Shown here: piece after piece, positions 57,507-64,000 of the stretch
Layout: every line of letters begins with the position of its first letter
How positions within the stretch are numbered: the first letter of the stretch is position 1
Assembly (NCBI GenBank): GCA_964489445.1
Contig: CAZAYU010000005.1
Coordinates: 68,799-132,798 of the forward strand
Source of the DNA: an uncultured Planctomycetia bacterium
GTDB taxonomy: Bacteria; Omnitrophota; Gorgyraeia; Duberdicusellales; 4484-171
Reading direction: 5' to 3'
Length of the DNA: 64,000 bases
Made by a program: the position numbers and the translations under genes
Notes under the pieces: model-generated
Seen by the model: only the letters and a program-made list of their open reading frames with translations
Databases searched by the model: none
Told to the model about the DNA's origin: nothing

Positions 57507-58807
57507 TATTTTCTCCTATCAAAAAACCGAATTGGTTTTCTATTGTCTTGAGCATAAATAATTCTTTTCATAGCATCGTCTTTTTCTAAAATAATTATTG
57601 GTTTTACGCGTAGACTTGCCTGTATTCTTTCCTGTAAAAATTCTAAATCAAGGGCAAGATCATTAATAGCTACATGAATAATCAAACTGTCAGAAAGAGC
57701 GCTCTCGCTTATTGCCTCGATATAATATTCTTGAACTTCTTTGGTGCTATCTAATACAGCATAGACAGCTTGCGGATAAAGAGTCGTTCCTTTGACTTTC
57801 ATCATTTGTTTTTTCCTGCCAAGAATAGGCCCTAAACGCTTTGATTTTCTTCCGCACTTGCAAGGCTCACTCATCAAAAAACTAATATCCCCCGTCTTAT
57901 AACGCACTAACGGCATCCCCTCAATTCCAAGCGGTGTGATAACAACTTCTCCGGTTATTCCGTCATCCAAAATATTTCCTTGATCGTCAACGATCTCAAT
58001 AACTGCTAAATCAGGATGTAAATGCCCTCCGTGTTGCGCTTCGCATTCACAAAAAGTGGTAACTATCTCTGAAGAGGCATAAGTGGAATACACTTTTGCA
58101 CCCCAAATTTCTTCCAGCTCAAGGCCAACACTTAGCAACTCTACTTTTTCATTACGCAGGGGTTCGCCAATACAAATAATTCGTTTCACGCTTGATAAGG
58201 GCTGCTCTCCATCTTCCTTTTTCATATAAAGTCCCAATTTTCTAATAAAAGATGGCACACCCACAATGGCCGTTGGTTTCATTTTACCAATAACTTCTTT
58301 GTGGCTATCTAAACTTCCATGTCCATTACGTATTGCAGATGCTCCTAAATTAGTTATTCCTAAAAAATAGGCTAACCCTGCAATAAAACATCTATCCATT
58401 GTGCATGTTAAAAGAACAATATCTTTTTTCGTTAAACCGCAACCAACAAATGATTTCTCTTCATTATATGCAAGACGCGTCAAATCTTGCCCTGTGTACA
58501 TAATCTTGATAGGCTTCCCTGTCGTTCCAGACGAAAGAACAATATCAACAATCTGCTCTGGGTTTACTGCGCGAAATCCATCATTATCATGTTCAATAAA
58601 CAATTTCTCTGTTAAAGGAACATCTTTAAAATTTATAAGATTAACTTTTGTAACATCCTTAATCAGGCCATCTAAAAATTTCCTATAAAAGGGAGACTGG
58701 CTCAAACAATATTTAAGATGGGCTTGAAGCAATTGCGTTTGAACTTGCTCGATTATTTCTTTGCTTTCAAATCCGATATCTTTATATTTATAAAAATCTC
58801 TCATCAT
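57506..58807 (-). CDS. phenylacetate-CoA ligase family adenylating enzyme (PaaK/CapK-like)
   Basis: SSGTTGKPIKIMYT P-loop, 433 aa. Confidence 0.7.
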   Translation of the reverse strand: MMRDFYKYKDIGFESKEIIEQVQTQLLQAHLKYCLSQSPFYRKFLDGLIKDVTKVNLINFKDVPLTEKLFIEHDNDGFRAVNPEQIVDIVLSSGTTGKPIKIMYTGQDLTRLAYNEEKSFVGCGLTKKDIVLLTCTMDRCFIAGLAYFLGITNLGASAIRNGHGSLDSHKEVIGKMKPTAIVGVPSFIRKLGLYMKKEDGEQPLSSVKRIICIGEPLRNEKVELLSVGLELEEIWGAKVYSTYASSEIVTTFCECEAQHGGHLHPDLAVIEIVDDQGNILDDGITGEVVITPLGIEGMPLVRYKTGDISFLMSEPCKCGRKSKRLGPILGRKKQMMKVKGTTLYPQAVYAVLDSTKEVQEYYIEAISESALSDSLIIHVAINDLALDLEFLQERIQASLRVKPIIILEKDDAMKRIIYAQDNRKPIRFFDRRK

Positions 58808-59556
58808 GTTTGATCCATTTTTATTAATTCATTTCTCATGATTTCTCTCACCCTATTCTTCAGAACAAAGGAATTCATATCTTTGTAATCGTTCCAATGT
58901 AAGGCTAATAACTTGTGAATCTTAATAGTCCCAGGGTTTAATACAAAGGAACCCTTAGCCGGTTTATTTTCATTTCCTGAAATACAAAAAGGAACAATAG
59001 AGCACTTTGTTTCTATTGCTGCCCTAAAAATAGAGCTATAGAATTGTCCTGGTTCCTTACTGTCTGATCTCGTCCCTTCTGGAAATGAAACGACATTCAC
59101 TCCTTCTCCGATTAACTTTTTCATTTTTAACAAAAATACATCAATGGACATTTCCTTGACACTCAAATATCCGGCAACCTTAGCACCAAGGCCAAGAACA
59201 GGTAGCTTAAAAGGCCAAGTGTTCACTATTTGAATACCTTCAAAAGGCAAACATGCCATCAAGAACGCATCGGAAGCAGACCTGTGATTGCAAATAAAAA
59301 TAAACGGCCCCACTCTATTGTCATTCCTGCCAAAATCCTCATACTGAACTTTAATGAATGGAAAAGGAAGAACATAGATAATAATCCTTCCGTACCAACC
59401 AATAGCTCTTCGCCATATTTTTAATATAACACGTCTTGGAAAAACCAAAGCACCCAATGAAACCAATAATACTACCGAGGGAATAGCAATAATCGAAAAG
59501 ACGAGAAACATCAAATAAAAAACTACATTTAGAATAAATTTATTAATTTTTTCCAA
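58804..59556 (-). CDS. 1-acyl-sn-glycerol-3-phosphate acyltransferase-like (PlsC/LPLAT)
   Basis: ICNHRSASDAF HX4D motif, FPEGTRS motif III. Confidence 0.75.
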   Translation of the reverse strand: MEKINKFILNVVFYLMFLVFSIIAIPSVVLLVSLGALVFPRRVILKIWRRAIGWYGRIIIYVLPFPFIKVQYEDFGRNDNRVGPFIFICNHRSASDAFLMACLPFEGIQIVNTWPFKLPVLGLGAKVAGYLSVKEMSIDVFLLKMKKLIGEGVNVVSFPEGTRSDSKEPGQFYSSIFRAAIETKCSIVPFCISGNENKPAKGSFVLNPGTIKIHKLLALHWNDYKDMNSFVLKNRVREIMRNELIKMDQT

Positions 59557-59567
59557 AATAAATTCGC

Positions 59568-59837
59568 TTATCTATCAACTGAGAAATTCCCTTCTTTATA
59601 AAGAGATTCAATAAAACTATAAATATCGCCTAATGTCCTTATTTCTCGAACCCTATTATCATCCCTTATTTTCACGCCAAATTTTTTCTGAAGAGCAACA
59701 ACTAGATCAACAATGTCAAGACTGTCTAATCCAAGGTCTTCAAAGATGCCTTTCTCAGAGGACAGCTCTCCTTTATTTATTTCAAAAGACTCCTCAAAAA
59801 CTTGGTTGACCATCTCTTCTATCTTTTTCTTATCCAT
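59568..59837 (-). CDS. acyl carrier protein (ACP 3 of 3)
   Basis: EDLGLDSLDIVDLVVALQKKFG. Confidence 0.8.
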   Translation of the reverse strand: MDKKKIEEMVNQVFEESFEINKGELSSEKGIFEDLGLDSLDIVDLVVALQKKFGVKIRDDNRVREIRTLGDIYSFIESLYKEGNFSVDR

Positions 59838-59855
59838 AGATAACTTCTCCTTTTC

Positions 59856-61079
59856 TTAAAGTATCTTTTTGCAGATTAAAGACGCGTTTATCCCTCCGAA
59901 AGCAAAACAATTCTTTAGTATAGAATTAATCTTCTTGTCTTGAATCTCCATGACATGGTTAATGCCTTTACAGTCTTCTGCAATATCATCCAAATTCTTC
60001 GTGGGATAAATTTTGCTTTTCTGCATCATTTTAAGAGCAGCAATCAATTCTATAGACCCTGAAGCACCTAAAGTATGCCCTATATACCCCTTCAAACTAC
60101 TTACTGGTACTTTATCCCCAAATATCTCCTTTAAAGCTCCAGCCTCTTCTTGATCTCCATGAATAGTAGCTGTTGCGTGTGCATTAATATAATCAATGTT
60201 AGCTGACTGCATGCCTGCGCTTTTAAGTGCCTCTTTCATACAGAAAACCATTGCTTCTCTACTTGGTTGGCTTACATGCTCTCCACTTCCGCATGTATGA
60301 TACCCGGCTACTTCCGCATAAATATTTGCATTCCTTTTTTGTGCATGTTCGTAATCTTCTAAAATGAGGATTCCACTTCCTTCACCACAGACTAATCCAT
60401 CTCTACCCTTATCAAAAGGCCTTGGAGTACACTTCGGATTATCATTAAAGTGTGTAGATGTTGCGAAGAGAATATCAAAGGAGCCTGCAACGATTGCATG
60501 TAACTCTTCTGCCCCTCCACAGAGAATAACATCTTGCTTGCCAGACTGAATAATCCCATAAGCCGCACCTACTGCCTGTAGGGCAGATGCACAAGCTGCT
60601 GATGTTGCCATGACATATCCTTTAATCCCAAAACATTGTGAAACATTCATCGCTGCTGTGTGAGAAACACATTTGAAAAAATTCATTGAAGATAATTTAG
60701 ATAAATCTTTTTCTGGAAGCATCATTTCAAACGTATCATTCATTGCTTCAGCTCCACCCATTGTGGATCCGATGATGCATCCCGTGCGAGCAGATGCAAT
60801 AACGCTTTCACTTAAGCCAGAATCCTTCACTGCCTCTTCAGATGCTTGCGCAGCAAAGATGCCCATCCGCCCCATAGAACGTCTCTTTTTTCTTGGAATG
60901 CTTCTTTCATCCTCTATCTTTGCAGGAGCGGCTATTAATGTGTTTAGCCCAATATACTCTTTCCACTTTTCCATTCTCTGGACAGCGCTTCTATTAGTCT
61001 CTAGCCCCTGAATATACTCTTCGACATTAACTCCTAAAGGACAAACTACACCCATCCCAGTTATCACAACTCTTTTCAT
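59856..61079 (-). CDS. beta-ketoacyl-ACP synthase II-like (FabF family)
   Basis: MKRVVITGMGVVCPLG, SAACASALQA active Cys, HATAT, GHTLGASG. Confidence 0.85.
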   Translation of the reverse strand: MKRVVITGMGVVCPLGVNVEEYIQGLETNRSAVQRMEKWKEYIGLNTLIAAPAKIEDERSIPRKKRRSMGRMGIFAAQASEEAVKDSGLSESVIASARTGCIIGSTMGGAEAMNDTFEMMLPEKDLSKLSSMNFFKCVSHTAAMNVSQCFGIKGYVMATSAACASALQAVGAAYGIIQSGKQDVILCGGAEELHAIVAGSFDILFATSTHFNDNPKCTPRPFDKGRDGLVCGEGSGILILEDYEHAQKRNANIYAEVAGYHTCGSGEHVSQPSREAMVFCMKEALKSAGMQSANIDYINAHATATIHGDQEEAGALKEIFGDKVPVSSLKGYIGHTLGASGSIELIAALKMMQKSKIYPTKNLDDIAEDCKGINHVMEIQDKKINSILKNCFAFGGINASLICKKIL

Positions 61080-62572
61080 CGGTGTAACCTTGCTTTAATA
61101 AAATTATTGTAATCATCTCGCCCAACAATACTCCTTGCCACAATAAAAGAAGACATCATCGCACCCACGACTCCTGGCAAAACAGAACTTTGCCCACACG
61201 CATAAAGATTTCGCAAAGGAAGCTTTCCAAACACATTAAACTGACCCATCTTTTGTTTGATCCCATAGGCTGTACATTCGTATGAGTTCAAATAATCCCT
61301 ATACGTAAGAATAGAAGCAGCGCAAATAACTTTAAATGAATCCCTGTAAGCTGGATTATATTGAAAAATTCTTTCTTTAATCTGTTGCTCCCGGTTCTTT
61401 TTGTATTCATAGTAGGCCTTCGGCCGTTTTCCAACACTAGAATCCAGCCATTGAGAGACATCTTCACTAGACGAAGACTCCATGGCGGTAAGGACCTTGA
61501 CCTTTTTGCTATCAATATCTTCATAAGAAGTCATTAGTACAAGAGCTGAGCAACCATTGTCGGAAGGCTCAAACAGCGTGTTCACGTCATCCGAAGGAAG
61601 AAGGGAAACAATGCTTGGTGTAAAATCATTATCATCAGCTTCGACAATACCAAACAGAGAAAAAAATCCAGACGCAGGCTCAAAATCACTAACCCTCATC
61701 AAAAAAGCCTTAGTCAAATTATCTTTCGGAAGGCTCTCAACAATAGCCTTGGGATGAATTGTAAAAATACATTGATTACAAGATAACTCCTCGCCCGTAC
61801 TTAAAATGAACTTCTTGACAATATTGCCCTCGACATCTAAAAACTTATCAATAGTGCACTTTGTTTTAATATCAACTCCAAGCTCAAGAAGTGCATCTTT
61901 AAACGCGCTAACGAATGCTCCTCCGCCTCTCTTAATCCGCACGACGCTATCGTACATTCCATACGCAACACGAAAATGATTCGCAACTGAAACCTCTGAC
62001 GGCCTTACCCCGTAACACATACAAAATGTTGATAATATACCCTTTAAGTATCTGCTCTTAAAAGACTTATCTAGGACTTCTTGTAGGCTAATATAATCCT
62101 CATCTAAGATATTAGTAACTTCAGTAATCCTTAAAAGATCTAAAGAAGCAGTCTCCTCGTAGATCTTCTTAGCTAAATTAAAAAAATAATCAATGCCCTC
62201 TTCCTCACCCGGGAAAAATTCTTTGAGTTTTTCAATAAAGCTTAAAACCCCATTCGGCATATAATATTTCTTGTGATCATTCTCGAAGATATACGCCTGG
62301 CCCTCTTTATCGGAAAGTATTACTGGCTCAATTTTATTCTCTATCCCCAGAACACTGAGCATATCATGCAAAACCCCATTCTCTAAGAATGCCCCTGTAA
62401 AATGGAATCCTGTATCAAAAGGAATTCCTTCTTTAACAAAACGTGACATACTCCCACCAATACGATTTGACTTCTCAACAATTAAAACCTTCTGTCCGTT
62501 TAAAGCAAGAATATTCGCAAGTGTCAAGCCACTTATTCCACTACCCACAACTATACTGTCATAAAATTTCAT
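61076..62572 (-). CDS. CrtI-like (phytoene-desaturase family) FAD-dependent oxidoreductase/desaturase
   Basis: YDSIVVGSGISGLTLANILALNGQKVLIVEKSNRIGG; about 500 aa COG1233 architecture; start trimmed to MKFYD. Confidence 0.6.
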   Translation of the reverse strand: MKFYDSIVVGSGISGLTLANILALNGQKVLIVEKSNRIGGSMSRFVKEGIPFDTGFHFTGAFLENGVLHDMLSVLGIENKIEPVILSDKEGQAYIFENDHKKYYMPNGVLSFIEKLKEFFPGEEEGIDYFFNLAKKIYEETASLDLLRITEVTNILDEDYISLQEVLDKSFKSRYLKGILSTFCMCYGVRPSEVSVANHFRVAYGMYDSVVRIKRGGGAFVSAFKDALLELGVDIKTKCTIDKFLDVEGNIVKKFILSTGEELSCNQCIFTIHPKAIVESLPKDNLTKAFLMRVSDFEPASGFFSLFGIVEADDNDFTPSIVSLLPSDDVNTLFEPSDNGCSALVLMTSYEDIDSKKVKVLTAMESSSSEDVSQWLDSSVGKRPKAYYEYKKNREQQIKERIFQYNPAYRDSFKVICAASILTYRDYLNSYECTAYGIKQKMGQFNVFGKLPLRNLYACGQSSVLPGVVGAMMSSFIVARSIVGRDDYNNFIKARLHR

Positions 62573-62582
62573 ACTACCAACC

Positions 62583-63329
62583 TTAGATAACAAGCCCTCC
62601 ATTAACCCCAATAACTTGCCCGTGAATATACATATCCTTCTCATTGCATAAAAACCCTACAACAGAGGCAATATCCTTCGGCTTTCCTGTCTTTTTCAAA
62701 GGAATCAAAGGCAAAACTTTGTCTTTTGGTATGCCTTTAGTCATATCCGTATCAATAAAACCTGGAGAGACAACATTAACAAAAATATTCTTCTTTCCGA
62801 CCTCTCGCGCCAAAGCTTTGCACGCCCCTATAAGTCCTGCCTTAGAAGCAGAATAATTAACCTGCCCTGCTTGGCCCACCTCTCCCGCAGTTGAAGAAAT
62901 TGCAACAATCCTTCCTCTTTTTTCTCTCAACATTGGGAAAAGAACAGAGTTCGTAACATTATAAAAACCATTTAGATTAGTTGCAATGACATCATTCCAT
63001 TCTTTCTCCGTTGTCCACATCAAAAGATTATCCCTAGTAATGCCTGAATTAAAAACTACTACATAAGGAGGAGTTTCTTCAGCTTTATCGGACAAGGCTT
63101 TCTTAGTTTCAGTATAACTAGAAACATCAAATGAAGATAGTTCACATTTACGCCCTATCTTTTCCACTTCCTTTTTAACAATATCTGCAGCGTTATTATT
63201 ATTTCGATAGGTAAGCCATATATCGAAACCCAAGCTTGCCAGCTTAAGAACAATGGCTTTTCCTATTCCTCTGCTTCCTCCAACTACTAATGCAATTTTG
63301 TTTTTTATTTCATTCATTTTATACTCCAT
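62583..63329 (-). CDS. fabG: 3-oxoacyl-ACP reductase (SDR, FabG-like)
   Basis: ALVVGGSRGIGKAI, NSGI, YSASKAG catalytic Tyr-Lys. Confidence 0.85.
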   Translation of the reverse strand: MEYKMNEIKNKIALVVGGSRGIGKAIVLKLASLGFDIWLTYRNNNNAADIVKKEVEKIGRKCELSSFDVSSYTETKKALSDKAEETPPYVVVFNSGITRDNLLMWTTEKEWNDVIATNLNGFYNVTNSVLFPMLREKRGRIVAISSTAGEVGQAGQVNYSASKAGLIGACKALAREVGKKNIFVNVVSPGFIDTDMTKGIPKDKVLPLIPLKKTGKPKDIASVVGFLCNEKDMYIHGQVIGVNGGLVI

Positions 63330-63336
63330 TTATTAG

Positions 63337-63999
63337 TTAAAATTTCCATGTTGTCCCAAAAAGAAACATGTTCACATTTATACCGTCATTAGGCAATTTT
63401 CTATTTGCATTAGATAAATGCCGATATCGGTATTCAACATCAAAAGACAAATTTTCCTTCAAATCATAAGAAATTCCTATACCCATCTGAGGAATAAAAT
63501 TGTATTGTGTTGATTGCTCATTTGTCTGTTGCGACATATAAAGAACACCACCACCTACAAAAAAGTATGGATTTATTTTTTCCGTAGCTGGATATGAGTA
63601 TTTCATAAGAATATCAAATCCAACTTCAATATTGTTATCCGGACTAATAATCGTATTTAAAAAAGTTTCTGCTAAAAATTCTGTCTCTCCTTTAACATTA
63701 ATATCGTGAGCATTAAAGACTTTTTCAGCAACATATTCAACAATATCTGCTGCTCCAATGCCGAGCTTGTCAACATCAAAAGCAAATCTAAATATTGAAG
63801 GAACAATCTTATAATCATTTTTTCCACTCAAGTCCCCTTTGGCGAAACCTGTATAATAAGAAAAGCTCTTATAATATGGGGTATCTTTTTCAGAACCGTC
63901 TGCTTTTTGGGCATACGAATTATAACTTATTGATGCAGTGAGCAATATAACGATGATAATAATTAATGGGAAACGAAATGTTTTTTGGTAAGAATTCAT
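63337..63999 (-). CDS. outer-membrane beta-barrel acyl-hydrolase, PagL-like (lipid A deacylase family)
   Basis: Signal peptide, amphipathic beta strands, C-terminal TWKF; RYRHLSNAN resembles the PagL H-x-S-N catalytic dyad region; first gene of operon in window (promoter beyond window edge). Confidence 0.45.
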   Translation of the reverse strand: MNSYQKTFRFPLIIIIVILLTASISYNSYAQKADGSEKDTPYYKSFSYYTGFAKGDLSGKNDYKIVPSIFRFAFDVDKLGIGAADIVEYVAEKVFNAHDINVKGETEFLAETFLNTIISPDNNIEVGFDILMKYSYPATEKINPYFFVGGGVLYMSQQTNEQSTQYNFIPQMGIGISYDLKENLSFDVEYRYRHLSNANRKLPNDGINVNMFLFGTTWKF

Positions 64000-64000
64000 A

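Overview
The window is AT-rich (roughly 33-35% GC by eye) and almost every gene is on the minus strand; I read it as chromosomal DNA from a Gram-negative (diderm) bacterium. It splits into two parts.

Positions 1-36,000 hold housekeeping and accessory genes. Ones I recognise with confidence: a cold-shock protein with a tandem-repeat tail, an RRM RNA-binding protein, two ABC-F ATPases (one Uup-like), typA/bipA, a topoisomerase III, recQ, engB, a GldA/F/G-like ABC system, an ArsR-controlled permease/thioredoxin/CcdA thiol-redox operon, a peroxiredoxin and a MATE pump. Also present: an APC permease fused to a PTS EIIA-like domain, and a PTPS/QueD-like gene with a eukaryote-type Cx5HGH motif. This part is peppered with a family of short related intergenic repeats (core AACTCCCCG...GCTCAAACT / ...TTTAGCAACT), gene fragments (a cupin paralogue remnant, a radical-SAM-like ORF broken by an in-frame TAA, a CbiX-like 5' stub) and several Rho-independent terminators. 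Together these point to a recombination-prone accessory zone around 30-36 kb.

Positions 36,180-63,999 are a single co-directional, tightly overlapping operon of 28 genes (about 28 kb) that runs off the 3' edge of the window. It is a type II FAS/PKS-like lipid or pigment pathway. It encodes:
- 3 ACPs, 3 full ketosynthases, 2 catalytically degenerate KS/CLF-like proteins, a FabZ-like dehydratase, a 4HBT thioesterase and FabG
- two adenylating ligases (PaaK-like and an acyl-CoA/ACP-ligase-like)
- two tandem cobalamin-binding radical SAM enzymes, and a radical SAM/SPASM enzyme fused to a hot-dog dehydratase-like domain
- a CrtI-like FAD desaturase and a second FAD oxidoreductase
- PlsC-like, LpxL-like and HxxxDG condensation-type acyltransferases, plus a GT2 glycosyltransferase
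- an MMPL exporter with a LolA-like carrier and lipoproteins, and a PagL-like outer-membrane deacylase

The core resembles aryl-polyene (APE) clusters (and, more loosely, ladderane-type clusters) but carries unusual radical SAM and desaturase additions. I consider this the most likely candidate for an undescribed system. The product cannot be assigned from sequence alone.
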